From Octopus sinensis (Eukaryota): 64,000 nt of DNA. Positions within the stretch are counted from its first letter, which is position 1; each line of letters starts with the position of its first letter. The translations under genes were made by a program, and so were the position numbers. Location: assembly GCF_006345805.1 (NCBI RefSeq), contig NC_042997.1, positions 199,640,001 to 199,704,000 of the forward strand, read 5' to 3'. Shown piece after piece: positions 1 through 13,374 of the stretch. The notes beneath the pieces are model-generated. The model saw only the letters and a program-made list of their open reading frames with translations. It searched no databases and was not told the origin of the DNA.

Positions 1-180
1 ACCAGACTCTAGTCTGATTTGGCATAGTTTCTACAGCTGGATGCCCTTCCGAACACCAACCACTTTACAGAATGTGCTGGAAGCTTTTATGTGGTACTGC
101 ACATGTGTTTTTACATGACACTGCAAGGGCATTTTTATGTGACACCACCACAAGTGCTTTTTACATAGCACTGGCCCAGG
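1..180 (-). mobile_element. SINE-like family C fragment (cut by window edge)
   Basis: Shares TTTCTACAGCTGGATGCCCTTCC...CCAACCAC and short internal GTGCTTTT repeats with copies at 15638-15960 and 42775-43033. Confidence 0.75.
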
Positions 181-199
181 ACTCTTGCAGATCAATCTT

Positions 200-650
200 C
201 ACCACTGGTGGGGACTGGTCTTAACACTTCTGCAGCAGAGTATGGGTCTTCTTGAGTTCAGCAAGGCACCAGGCATATCGGTCCTTTGTCATCTCACCTG
301 ATGGGTTCAGCATCCTGATGTCATTCTTCAGCACTTCGTCCCATGTCTTCCACTTGCATGTGCTCCATCTACTTTGAGAGATCAGCACTTCTTTATGGAG
401 CTGTTGGCATCCATCCTCATCATTTGACCAAACCAGTGCATTCTTCTCTCTTGCACACAGTACCAATTCCACTTACGCTTCTCTTCTCTCTCAATGCATG
501 ACCACTCTGTCGAACAAGTACACCAACATTACACATCCAGCAGAGCATACTAGCCTCATTTCTTTCTTATCTTTGCATATCCTCTGCATTCAGGGCCCTT
601 GTCTCACTACCATGTAGAATTGCTGTCTGTATACAATGCATCATACTATT
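200..650 (-). mobile_element. Decayed RTE-like LINE, C-terminal part of ORF
   Basis: Minus ORF 221-472 has KTWDEVLKNDIRMLN..MTKDRYAW, resembling the RTE C-terminal W..V..D...L.....DR..W pattern; homologous to 39900-40300. Confidence 0.65.
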
Positions 651-3624
651 CTTAATCTAGCTGCCATCTAATTCTTATTCTAGCTACCACACTCCGTGCA
701 TTCTTCCCCACCATTACTACTACTACAATTACTACTTATTATTATTATTGTTGTTGTTATGTTACTGCATGGTAATTCAGTTATTTTAGTCATCATCATC
801 ATCGCATGTACAATATGAAAGAAATTTATCACAATTATCTGAAAGTAAAACCATTTAACTGAAAGAAACCGAATCATCTTTAACCTTAGTACAAGAGTAA
901 CAAATACAATTCTGTAGTTGGATGCTTCTGGATCTTACGTGAAGTAAGAAATTTAATATTTCCAATTTACCAATTGTTATTAACTAAACTACTAGAATGT
1001 GCTAGTAATATACTTTTTCCTATTTTTCTCTAGAACCCTTCGGCTTGCAAAGTTTGCCTCATCTCAAAGAAAGTTATAATTCAATGTAAGCTTACCACAC
1101 ACATGCAAGACTACTGGAGATTTCTATGAATTATATTCACAAATAAAGAAAATAAAAACACAAAAAACTTTTGTACTTATGTCTCATATACTTCTAAAGG
1201 ATGAAATATATATTTGTATTCTTCCTTTCTTATGATTAGTATACAGGCCCTAATTATGTATATTTGACATGACAGACATAACTCTTCTATTTCCTCCATT
1301 GACTTACATGATTTTGATAGATCATCTATAATGGAATAGACAATCTGTTCAATTGTATACATTTCCTTTTTTACTGTCGACACACCTTTTATCTCAGTAT
1401 ATACAGTTTTAAGTTAGTAGCTTCTGAATAGTTATCATGACACTATATTGCCATAATAGGAACAGGCAAGCCAATATTCTATTTTGTTACCAGGGAATAA
1501 AACTACAGAGTTGTCTGTGAAATGTTGCTTGAAGACAATATTCATAATGATAGAAAAAAAAATCTGAGCAAAATATTGGTTTAGTTATTTTTATTCTCTT
1601 GTTTTCAGTCATACAAAGAAATTATTTATTTTACACAGTAACACATATATAAAGACACACACACACACACACAAGTATACATAAGTATGTATTTACAATT
1701 ATGTTATAAAATTAGGTGAGCCGAGTTGAACAGCATCGGGACAAAAAAGAGCAGTTAGCGGAAAAAGGCTGCAAGGAAAATACTGTTAGCAGATTAACAT
1801 TTGAAGGAAAATTTGAAAATGGAATTCTGAAAGGGCATTATTCCAGAGGAAGGAAATATGATAAAATTTTCAGGATATAGTGTCTCGGATAAATAAAATA
1901 ATGGCCGAAAAGAGTAGTACATGGGTCTGGTTTAACCTCAGATCTGCCCTGATGAAGAAGAATTATCATCAAAGACATACAACCATGATCTTCCTGTCTT
2001 TTTTACTATACCTAGGATCATGTCATCCAATATTTCATTTTTTTTTCTCAGATGATATAAGGGAGATTTGTTGGTTGTTGTTCAGTGTTGTACATCAGTT
2101 AAAGATAAGCACACACACACACACTGAGCTTATGCACAGTTCCTATCAAATTCCACTCATTAGGTATTGGTCAGCAGTGTCTTAAAGTGTGATTGAACCT
2201 GGGCCCACACCACTGTGCAACAAAACTTTTTTATCATGCAGCCTAGCCCCCTCTCATATAATTTTTCTTTCCTCATCTTTTTTCTTTTCTTTGTACATAA
2301 AACAACAAAACCATATGACTGAAATAGCTATACTGTCAGGAAAGAAGGAATAAAGTTATACTCACAGCTAGCTCTAGTTCATCAGACAAACATGAAGGTA
2401 GCTATTTAAATGCTGCTTGGGGATGTCATACAAATTCAATATATCATTTATTTCTTAACTTTCCATTACTTTTGCCAAAATGCTAAAACTACTCATTTCA
2501 CCATCATTTCTGTGATAAAAGAGGCAATTTGACAGTTGCTGCATTTGAGTCCCAAATTGGAAAAGGCAAAACTATTACTACTACTGCTTCTAAAAATAAG
2601 TTAAACTCAGAAGTAATAATCTGAAGTTAATGTTTTACTATTCTGTTAACACTCCTGGATTGTGAAGTTGTAGGCATTGGTTTTTGCACCCCAGAGCAAT
2701 TAATAATCCACATCTAATTATAAAAACATTATTTCAAGGAACTACTTAATTCATTTGACAGGCACCAGATAGGTTAATGACCTTAAATTTTATCTCATCT
2801 CAAAATGACAATAATACTGTGACAGCTATTTCAGCTAACAAAATGAGAGCAGAGTGGGCGAGAGAGGTAAATTTAGTGATATACATATATATGGAGACAG
2901 AAAAGAAGATTTTGAACAAGTGCCATCGGAATTATTTTCAAAATATATATAAATAAAATCCATAGTGCATCATAGAAAACATGACTACTGCTAAGCGAAG
3001 TTGGCATCTACTCATATTTTTTTTTGGCTATCAACATAAAAATTAAATATTGTGATGGCAAACATCCATTGTTAGGGAAACAGTCAAATATCCTGTCAAA
3101 CTGTGCTATAACACAGCATTAAATAAAAGCAAGGAATGTTAAATTACAGTATTATAGGTCCAAAATTCACATTCCTGACAACTTTAGACTGAAATATGAA
3201 TTGCTCAATTTATAGAATTTAAACTCTGACAGAAATCCACTTGAATGGAAAAAATGAAAAGATCTTGTTTGCAGATAAACTAAACTGATATACAGATATC
3301 ATATAAAAATTCAACTGGACTAAAAAATTTATAACTGTCATTCAAAAATAGCAGTACAATGCAGCAACATTAGGTTAAGGTATTAAGAAAATATTTTAAC
3401 ACATTTTTGTAAAGACAAAATTCAAGTTAACTGATTTCACATATTTGTGAAAAGAAAGGCCATCTTTCTTCAAAAATTATTTATTTTCTCTTGTACTCCT
3501 TAGAATATTACCCAAGCCTCCACCTCAAGCTAACTCTGTTTTATACAATAGAATGTATTTAATGATAGTGTTTTAAGAATGCTACACTAGTTTCTAAGTA
3601 TTGTTAAAACCACATTATATTTTA

Positions 3625-3945
3625 TTGTTTTCAATTATTTCACTCATTGGACTGCAGCCACCTTGAAGTATTTAATCAAACAAACTAATCTATATTCTAC
3701 AGGTCTCTTTTTCCGCACTGCTAAGTCATGAGGACATAAGCAAACCAGCACTGGTTGCCTAGCAGTGACAGAGGACACAGACACACAGACAACAGGCTTC
3801 TGTGCAGTTTCCATCTAGTAAATTCACTCATAAGACATTGGTTAACCAAGAGCTTTAGTAGGAGACATTTGCTTAGGGTGCTGTGCTGTGAGACTGAACC
3901 TGAAATCATGTGGTTGAAAAGCAAGCCTCTTAGGTACAGGCATGG
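3625..3945 (-). mobile_element. tRNA-derived SINE family B (CORE-like), decayed
   Basis: Reverse-complement match to head and tail of 8660-9012 and 31228-31590. Confidence 0.75.
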
Positions 3946-3973
3946 TTGTGTAGCTATCAGAACATTTTCTTAA

Positions 3974-4166
3974 CCCTTTAGCATTCAGATTACTCTATCA
4001 AATACAATGTTTATTTATTCACATAAATTTTGAATTAATCATGCATTATCTCCTACTTTTGAGGTTTTGATGATGTGAGTACTTAGTTTTGGAATGACAT
4101 TGTAGTATTAGTGTGAGAGGCTAAATCTGGCCAATTTGAACATAAAATGGTTTAAATGCCAGAGGG
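3974..4166. mobile_element. piggyBac-type MITE
   Basis: TIRs CCCTTTAGCATT / AATGCCAGAGGG flanked by TTAA at 3970-3973 and 4167-4170. Confidence 0.8.
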
Positions 4167-7100
4167 TTAAATAATTTTAAAATATTGAAACTTTAGATTA
4201 TATATTCTATATATTACACTGATATTATTTCTGAAATTTGTATTGAATCATTTCATGAGTAATATTTATAAAAGACATGAGAGTTGGTGGAGGGTGGGGA
4301 TATCATCAAGAGATTATTATGAATAGATCAGAATGGAATAGTGTAAATAAGCAGATAGTTTATAATAAGTAGAAAAACAGAAAGAAAGAAAATAGGTGAA
4401 TATGACTGATTAATAACCACCTAAAATGTCTCGTGTAAGATGTATTTACTACATTACATAACTTGGGTGTATCAATATTGAAAGCTCTTGAGATATTTTT
4501 AGAAATAGTCTAATTTAATGACTAAAGATTATTCTAAAGTTGGAGATTCTTTAAACTTTGTGGTAAGACAGCTGAAGGCGAAAGGAAAAACTGTAAGAAT
4601 GTTGTCTGCATAATTGCTAAAATCACTCAACATGTTGATATTAATGACAGTTTTGAAACAAACAAACAAACAAAAAAAAACAGAAAAGAAAGAAGAAAAA
4701 CTATTATCTTTATATTACTGTATACAAAATGTAAACAGTGAATATGTATTCTTATGGTTAATATTTCCTTTCAAAAGTTTATATTATAGTTCTTGAAACC
4801 AGAAACCTCTCCAAAACATTTATCTTGTCAATTTCAACATTAACAGCACCACTCACTTACCAACACCCAGCACTACTACAACTACTAAAAATTTAAACTT
4901 TTAGAAGCATTCCAGGAAGAACCAACAAAAAAGTGTATATAGTAAAAATTGCATCTAGATAACAACTGACTTTAAAACAATAGATACTAGATTTAAACTC
5001 CAGGATACAATATGTATATACTACTATCATTGGCAAATGTCAAATATTTTGCTATTGTTGCACTTATTTAATTTTATTTCCTAATTTTAAACTAACATGG
5101 TATGATAAATTTGTAGATTAGAAAGAATGCCTTATTCTACTGAGTACAGAAGTTAAAGGAAAGTGGAGGTGACCTTATTTTCTTTTATGTTTTGGAAGCC
5201 CATCGAGAATAAGATTAATTTACCCATATCTTGCTATGCATGTGAATCTATCTCATGTGACACAAGCTTTCAAGACAGAATTGCTCTTCCAGTTTATGCC
5301 ACCAGATCCACAAGAAACTCAAGATGAGTGAGAATGTTGCTTCTATAATAAGAGGCAAAAGATCCTTAAAAAAGTTACATCATTCCTTTAAAATATTTAA
5401 GTTTGTGTAAAAAATTTTTTTTATATGGTTAGCTTCTCTCCAAGTACAATAATTTACATAACAAAAGCCTTTGTCCAAGATTTACTGGCTGCCAGGATCA
5501 GGAATGTGCACTACACTAGTTCTGAGATCAAAGCTACTTCTTTGTAGTCAAGCTGTTTATCAAAACTTTGGAGCCACTCTCTGAATAAGGTAAAATTCAG
5601 AATCCTAAGAAACTGATACAGGTGTTTGCCAGCAACTGTTGTAATTTGGAGGGTTGTTGGGAGGTGATATACACAGTTGCCATGGCAATAGCAACCATTT
5701 CAAGTTACTGAGCATAAATGCATAGATATTAGCTCACTAGCAGTTCATGTGCATTTTAAACAGGTTTTAATTAAAATTTGTGATCTAGTCTTGTGTTGTG
5801 GAACCTTGTAGAAAGCCAGTCTAGACATTTCCTAATTTGAAGCAATGAGACTGAATGGCTGTGTACAATCAGATCTAGTGAACAAATGTGACTTTTGAAT
5901 GGTATTGTAAGGGATATGAAAAGATGATTCATTTCTCATAGAAATCCATCCAAAATTATGAATTTGAACATCATCTCATACTAGAATGGAAGCATATGAA
6001 AAATAAACAGCAGCCTAATATAGCATTCCTTTCTCATGTTGATAGTAATTCACTTAACCGTTATTAGTTATCTTGCTAATCAGTTTAATTAGCTTAGTTT
6101 CTTTCCTAAGGCATGTTTGTTCTTTTTGGCTTTATTTTCTTTGAATTACATCAGACTTTGCAGTGTTGATGAGCAACAATAAAATAGGAGAGGGTGGATT
6201 TATTGCTGAATGGCTTTAATGATTTCTGCTTAGTAGGAAGAATATTACCGAGAAGAATATTTTATTGGCTAGAATTTCAGCAGCAGAAAGTGGGGAAAGA
6301 GAAATCTATATTGTTTTGAGAAAACAAACCTGCTGATCTAATGATTATTAAGAAAAGGCAACATTTGGGCTTCAATTAATCATATCATTTTCCTGATGTC
6401 TGCAACAGTTTAATGCAACAATCATTTAAAAATAAATAAATGAGAAAGCCAAAAACAAAAGAGAGTAAAAATAGAACCAATAAACGTAACAGAGTATCAA
6501 TTATTTGTGGGCAGAAACATTAATTTAGTCAATGGCAGCAAAATAGCAGGAAAAAAGGATAATTAGATTAATTATAATGAAAACGAGAAGGGAAAATAGG
6601 GAAAGAGGATGAAAAGAAATGAAAGTTAATGAGAGTAAAAAGGAGTAAAAAATGAAAAAAAAATATAATAAAAACAACAACAAGAATAATAATGATTTCT
6701 AATATTGGCACAAGATTACACATTTTGGTAGAAGGTAGAGCCAATTATATCGACCCCAGTACTAGACTGGTATTTATTCTATTGATTTTAAATAGAAAGT
6801 CAACCATGAAGAGATCTGAACTCAAAAGAGACATCCAATACAACTGTTAATAATAATTGTAATAATTTCTAGCTTTAATACAAGGACTCAGACTCCAATA
6901 TTTGATTTGGTTAATTTTATCAACTCTGCCCACTATGTCAAAACAGTACCAATAATTTGTGCATTAGATACAATGAATTAAAACAAGAATTTAAAAAAAA
7001 ACCATTGCAGTTCCACAACTTTACACAGACTAACTGAAACAAACAACCTTACATAGCACAGGACACAGACTATTTTCAATTCAATAGTGATTCTAATAGC

Positions 7101-7205
7101 CAACACTCTACACAGTCATCTCTTATATTGTAAAAGCTTTCTCACTAAATGTGAGCATCATTGGAATGCTGCAACAATAATAAAATGAACACAGAATATT
7201 ATTTA

Positions 7206-7571
7206 CTAGCACTATAACCCGACAACACCGGGTCAGAGTGCTACTGCATGCATATACAGCTGCGTGCATGCACACATACACGCGAGTACTGTCCAAATCT
7301 CTGACGAATCACATACAGCTAGCTGGCATTCAATTGGTGTATTAAGTTTCGAGCATTTTGATTGGGTTTTGGCTAGAAAATTCACAAAAGAGTCGCTTCT
7401 ATTGATTTTTTAATGGCTCTGCGGGGTGACTGGAGAAATGTAAAGATGTGCACGACCACCCTTGGATGGTTTTGAATGACCATAGAAAGTGCGAGCCCTC
7501 TAACTGAAAAATTGTGGATTTGTATAAAGGATACACATGTACAGACATTTTGCCATTTATATATATAGAGA
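7206..7571 (-). mobile_element. Complete non-autonomous Helitron (366 bp)
   Basis: Minus strand reads A|TCTCTATATATATAAATGG...ACCCGG-TGTTG-TCGGGT hairpin-TATAGTG-CTAG|T: 5' TC, subterminal hairpin, 3' CTAG, A/T target, no TSD. Confidence 0.85.
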
Positions 7572-8238
7572 TAACACAAAAAAGATTTCACACATGTTAG
7601 AGGCACCAGAAACAGCAAAATACATAACTAAAACTATCTGACACCTTCAAAATATGTGGTAATTAATTTGGAAAAAAATAAAAGAGACATGCAGTAATAT
7701 TCAGTAATAATCTGTAGAGAGCATCCTGAGAAGAATACTATAAATGTCTGGGCATACAATAAATTAAATAATATTCTAGACAGAAAGATAAAGACAAGCA
7801 TGTCAGACACATATTTAACAAGGCTGAAATTGCTACTGAAGCGCAAGGTAGATTCCAGAAATTTAATGACAGACACCAACAGCTAGGCCACAGCAGCAAT
7901 TTGCTACAGTAGTCATCCTTAATTGGACTAAGGAGATCATAGAAGACATTGATAAAAATACCCACAACCTGAGAGAGTACAAAGCACAGCATCCATCAGA
8001 ATTTGTGGTTCTCTTGTAAATGGAATGAAAGAATGGAGATTGAAAAGTAATCAGGGTTGAAGAATGTGCTGCAAACATAGATCATTAGATTGATACTTGG
8101 CCAGTAACAAAGAACTGCTCTTGTAGTATATTTACAAAAATCAGTAACTTGCTTAAAGAGAGTATTGAGAATAACAACACTGTAGTGCACCTGAGCACTG
8201 TATACGATAAGTTCATTATTATTATTGTTATTATTAAA

Positions 8239-8620
8239 GTGGAGAGATGGCAGAAACTTTAGCACGCCGGGCGAAATGCTTAGCAGTATTTCGTCAGCCG
8301 TTATGTTCTGAGTTCAAATTCCGACTAGGTTAACTTTGCCTTTCATCCTTTTGGGGTCGATAAATTAAGTACCAGTTACGCAGTGGGGTCGCTGTAATCG
8401 ATTTAATCCCTTTGTCTGTCCCCACTATGTTTAGCCCCTTGTGGGCAATAAAAAAATTTTTTTTAAATAAAAAAAAATAACTATGTTCTGAGTTCAAATT
8501 CTGCTGAGGTCAACTTTGCCTTTCATCTTTTCAGGGTCAATAAATTAAGTACCAGTTACGCACTAGGGTTGATGTAATCAATTATGTCCCTCTCCCAAAT
8601 TTCAAGCTTTGTGCCTATAA
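8239..8620 (+). mobile_element. tRNA-derived SINE family A, monomer plus partial second unit
   Basis: Head GGCAGAAAC..AGCACGCCGGGCGAAATGC, B-box-like GAGTTCAAATTCC, core CTTTGCCTTTCATCCTTT.GGGGTCGATAAATTAAGTACCAG (resembles the Meta/MESC SINE domain, from memory). Confidence 0.85.
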
Positions 8621-8659
8621 GGAAATGCATAAATATAAGCAAAAGAAATCAAATATAAT

Positions 8660-9012
8660 TGTGTGGTGTGGAGTTTACTTCCCAAAAACTTGGTTCTAGG
8701 CTCAGTCCCACTGTGTGGCTCCTTGGGCAAGTGTCTTCTACTATATCCCATTGGGCTGGCCATGGTCTTGTGAGTGGGTTTGGTAGAAAGAAACTGAAAG
8801 AAGCCCACTGGGTGTGTGTTTGTTCCCCACTACTGCTTGACAACTGGTGTTGGTGTGTTTACATCCCCATAACAGTGGTTTGGCAAAAGAGACAAACAAT
8901 AGATACCAGGTTTTAAAAAAATTAGTACTGGGGTTGATTCATTCAACTAAAATACTTCAAGGCTGTGCTCCATCATGGCCACGGTCTAATGACTGGAAAA
9001 AGCAAAAGATAA
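8660..9012 (+). mobile_element. SINE family B
   Basis: tRNA-like head, CORE-like CCTTGGGCAAGT, central (GT)n remnant, tail CATGGCCACGGTCTAATGACTG. Confidence 0.85.
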
Positions 9013-10029
9013 ATGAAGGTTATGTAGTGAGACAGTGGAGACAGCAGAATATTATAAATGCCTATAAAATGCTCGTAGAGTGAGAGGGGGGGGGAGAGAG
9101 AGAGAGAGTGTGTGTTTACAAATCGGAGCCTGTTTGGTAAAACCATATGGCTTTATTGTGTGTGGGGAGAGCCATTCTCTTTTAGTGCCTTATTATTCAA
9201 CACACTCACTGGTTTGATTTCCACTCATTTACTTATTTATTTATTTATAGACCAGAAATAATACAATCTTGTACTTGACAGGATGAACATGCACATGTTT
9301 TGTGTGGAATTTAGAATACAAATTAAGTAATAGAGCAACAGCAACCAGATGTTCTTGTAGCAGACAAAGACATGTGCAAGTGTTACATTGTTAATGAAGC
9401 TATATGAAACAACCATAATATTGCTAGCAAAGAACACAAAAAAAAAAACTGGTAAGTATTTGAAGCTCTGATTAGAAATCTCAGGAATGTGAAACATAAG
9501 AACTAAAGCAATGCTCTTAGCTTGTCTTAATCTTGAAACACACATGCTTTTTCAATTCCTTAGGAGTCCCTTGAAGAGAAAATAGTTTGTTTTATGGGCA
9601 CCAAAATGAATAGAATAGTTACACCAAAATGAATAGAATTGTCATTTAAATATTTTTGAAATGGACATAAAACTGTAAAAGATGATAATTTCTTCATCAC
9701 ATTGTATCAGATTGAGAGTAACCTCTAAATGGGCGTGTGGTTCCTGATTCCATCTAATAATCTGATGTAAAGGCCATAAATTACAGTTATCAATTTTTTC
9801 CCTGACATGGTTGATGCATTCCACTCACTCTGAGGATTCCATATTCCCATTGAAGAATTTCAGGTAGAGTTCATTACTATCAATTAAACGTCCATAATAT
9901 TTTTGACAGATGACAAATCGTTTTTATTGCACAAAATCTAGAAGACACCTTAAAGAAATTCTTAAATGTTATTGCTCATAGATCTAGCAAAACCCAAATC
10001 CTAAACTTTGTTGTTACAACAGCGTTAAT

Positions 10030-11475
10030 AATAATTATTTCTACTATAGGCATGAAGTCTGAAATTTCAGATGGTGGGGCATTTAATTGATTACATGAAC
10101 CCTAATACTTAACTGGTACTGTATTTTATCAACCCCAAATTTGAACTCAGAATGTAAAGGATGAAATGGCATGAAGCATTTTGCTAATGTTTCTGACAGC
10201 TTGCTGTCTTAATAATCATGATTTCAAATTTTGCCACAAGGGCAGCTTCATGGAGGGGGTTAAGTCAATTACATTGACCCTAGTGCCTTGGTGGAATTTG
10301 AACTCATAACATAGTGGCAGACAAAATACTGCTAAGCATTTTCCCTGGCACGCTAAGGATTCTGCCAGCTTGCCACCTTTGCCTTAATACTAATACTACT
10401 ACTAATAATAATAATGAAGGTTATACTAAGGGGTACCTCACATATTTTACATAAGTTCATTTCCATACAAATGCAAACATTCAGTGTTATTTCAAATTCT
10501 ATGAAGAGGTTGTTTTTTTTTTGTTTTACACACAGGCATAAGTTTGTATTTCAATTGCATGGCACCTCATCTTTTTGCATCTTTAGATACAAAAGCTTGT
10601 CTCTTGATATCCCTGGAAGCTTGTATAAATTAAAGCAAAGGTAAAACATTGAAAGCAAAAAGAGTAACAGTAATTGTTTCTGATTTAGGAAAAAATTTAA
10701 AGAGTGCTGGTCAACACCATCAACCATTTGTGAGATTTGAACTGAGAATATGTACAGCTGAAACAACCACAAAACATTTTATCTGATGCTCTAATGATTC
10801 TGCCAATACAGCACACTAATAATAATGGCTTCAGATTAAGATATAAGACTAACAGCTTCAAGGGAAGAGGTTAGATGATACCAGTAGATGACTGGTACTT
10901 TGTTTTGTCAACTCTGAAAGCCTGAAATGCCAAGCTAACCTCAAAATCTATTTGAACCCACTAGAGCTGGAACAAATACCACATAGTCCAACATTACAGT
11001 GATTCTACCAGTTGACTACCCTAATAATAATTCTTTCTACTATAAGTACAAGGCTTGAAAGTTTGAAGGGGGATGCAGGGATGGGTGCTAGTCAATTACA
11101 TCACCCATGACCTTCCAGCGCTCAACTGGTAATTAGTTTACTGACTTCAAAAGAATGAAAGGTAGAGTCAACCTTAGCAGGATGCCACTAAACATTTCTC
11201 CCAGTGTACCAGCAATTCTGCCAGCTCATTGCCTAATGATAATAATGGTTTCAAATTTTTGGTGTAAGGCCAGCAAATTTTGGGGTGAGGTGGGGTTGGG
11301 GGGAAGTTGACAATATAGACCCCAGGGATTAACTGGTACTTATTTTATTAACCTTGAAAGGATGAAAGGCAAAGTTAATCTCGGCAGAATTTGAACTCAA
11401 AACATGACATTGGACAAAATTCTGCTAGGTATTTTGTCTGGCATACTAACAATTCTGCTAGCTTGCTGCTTTAAT
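10030..11475 (-). repeat. Cluster of about six same-orientation decayed family A SINE copies separated by (AAT)n
   Basis: Recurrent AACTGGTAC, GAATTTGAACTCA and TTCTGCCAGCT motifs near 10110, 10295, 10890, 11125 and 11330. Confidence 0.75.
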
Positions 11476-11929
11476 AATAATAACAACAGTAATTTCTATG
11501 ATAATAACTGATAGTAACAGACTTGTCTTTAACTGCTTGCTATGTTTATAGATGAGACACAACAGTTCCTATATTTATCCAAAATCAGTCGGTAGGTTTT
11601 CAGTGAAGATAACAAAATTTCTTAAGAGAAAATTCAATAAATTTGATTCTTCTCAGATATAGACTCTAGGCTCCTGAGAATTTAAGAATTCAAGAGCAAT
11701 AAATAATAAAATGAAAATTCAATGAATAATAAATACTTGGATATACAACTACTCACAACTGAATTTCTTATCAAAACTAAAACTTTACAACTCTTTTATG
11801 AAATTGAAATTATATATATATATTTACTCCTTTCACAAGATAGTTGAAGGCAAGTAGGGTGAAATTTTTTCCACATGATCATCATCATCCTCATCTTAGA
11901 TTCGTTTTTCTACAATTGCTTATTTTGGA

Positions 11930-12720
11930 CAGGTATTCTTCAGCATAACATCTTAACATTTATTGAGGTACTTTCTTCAAGAGGTTTAGTCTGTTTCGAT
12001 CTACCTCTACCATTTCTTCCTATGTTTTTTTTTGCTTTTCTCTTCAATAGGTTCATCCAAACGGGATTATTTGGCACTCCTGTATCAAATTTCCATCCTT
12101 TTGTATGCATTGCATGTCCTTAGAAGCACAGTCTTCTTTCTTGTATACCACAGCTAAATCTTCCTATACCCAATTTTTCTCTAACTTAACTTTGTTTTTC
12201 ACGAACAATAACATTACATATCCAGGAAAAACTAATTTCTCTTCATCACACATCCTCTACATTCATTATTCATATTTTGCTACTATGCAATAACATACTC
12301 CATACACAAGCATCATGCAATCTGTTTTCATTTGGAGAAATAATCACTGTTGTCAACAGACATAATTGCTCATTGAATTTATTCCAACCATTCTTCTTCT
12401 GGTTCTTATGCTTTTGGAGTACCCACTTCCACTGCTAGCCAAGTCACCCAAGTAACAGAATCTATTAAGTAGTCCTGGAATTTGAAAAAAATTCATTCTA
12501 TAGACTGTTCTTACTGGAAAATATTTTGCACATAAAAATATGTACAGAAATACCATTTTGTACTATTTAGTAATATGTATAAGATCTTCTTTCTGCCTGT
12601 GATCCCAGTGCTTCTCTTGTGTGCGAACAGTTTACACTGGGTCCATGGTTTACAATTCCTACCTTCTCATCCTTTTCAACATATTGATCATGATCACTTC
12701 CTAGAAGGTAGAAAACTGGC
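11930..12720 (-). mobile_element. Decayed RTE-like LINE RT fragment
   Basis: Minus ORF contains RFCYLGDLASSGSGYSKSIRTRRR (RT domain 7 YLG region); homologous to 50200-50420. Confidence 0.7.
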
Positions 12721-13042
12721 CTCTTGCATCCAAACTAATTCAATTTTAATATTATTACCTCTGTAATTGAAAATGTAATATGACTTTTATTATTCGAGTA
12801 TCTTTATGTTTCATTATGATACTCTTAATACTGCAAACACCACACTTAAAAAACTTCTTATCCAAAAGTGCCTTCAGATTTTAAGGTCTAAATTTCTGTG
12901 ACATAAGTTGCAATTGGGTGATTAAGGACATTGTGTAGTCCATCTTTCCTGTTCCAGATTGAGTGTCTTAGTCCGCCAAATACTGTAGATTCTAGCATAA
13001 TCTATCTTTTCATATCTTCTGATCTATTAGTATATTACAAGA

Positions 13043-13266
13043 AGGTGGCGAGCTGGCAGACACGTTAGCACGCTGGATGAAATGCTTAACGATATTTAGT
13101 CAGCCGCTACGTTCTGAGTTCAAATTCCGTTGAGGTCGACTTTGCCTTTCATCCTCTCGGGGTCAATTAAATAAGTACCAGTTACACACTAGGGTCGATA
13201 TAATCGACTTAATCCATTTGTCCGTCGTCTCTGTGTTTAGCCCCTTGTGGGTAGTAAAGAAATAAG
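13043..13266 (+). mobile_element. SINE family A, near full length
   Basis: GGTGGCGAGCTGGCAGACACGTTAGCACG...CCCCTTGTGGGTAGTAAAGAAATA; CpGs retained. Confidence 0.9.
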
Positions 13267-13374
13267 TATTACATTGCAAGAAACACAAACTCTGTGCTAT
13301 GTTCTTTCTCAAAACAATTCAGTTTGACTATTTATTTGCTAGGTTACTGGATATTGCCCATCATATCATTTATG

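Larger units (their letters stand above)
7715..9560 (+). mobile_element. Decayed R4/Dong-like non-LTR retrotransposon (RT end, zinc knuckle, REL endonuclease), split by SINEs
   Basis: Manual translation across stops and frameshifts: YKCLGI; YLTRLKLLLKRKVDSRNLM; ILNWTKEIIEDIDKNTHNL..KAQHP; RLCSETVETAE (~9015-9050); QPDVLVADKDMCKCYIV..NIASKE..KYLKL.LEISGM (~9330-9490). Confidence 0.75.

Noticed and set aside
918-2401. Several micro-exon candidates (e.g. 918-943 +, 1034-1085 +, 2366-2401 -)
   Set aside because: They lie on both strands with no homology; such sites are expected by chance in AT-rich DNA.
10030-11475. CRISPR-like or satellite array
   Set aside because: Eukaryotic context; units are irregular, diverged SINE copies.
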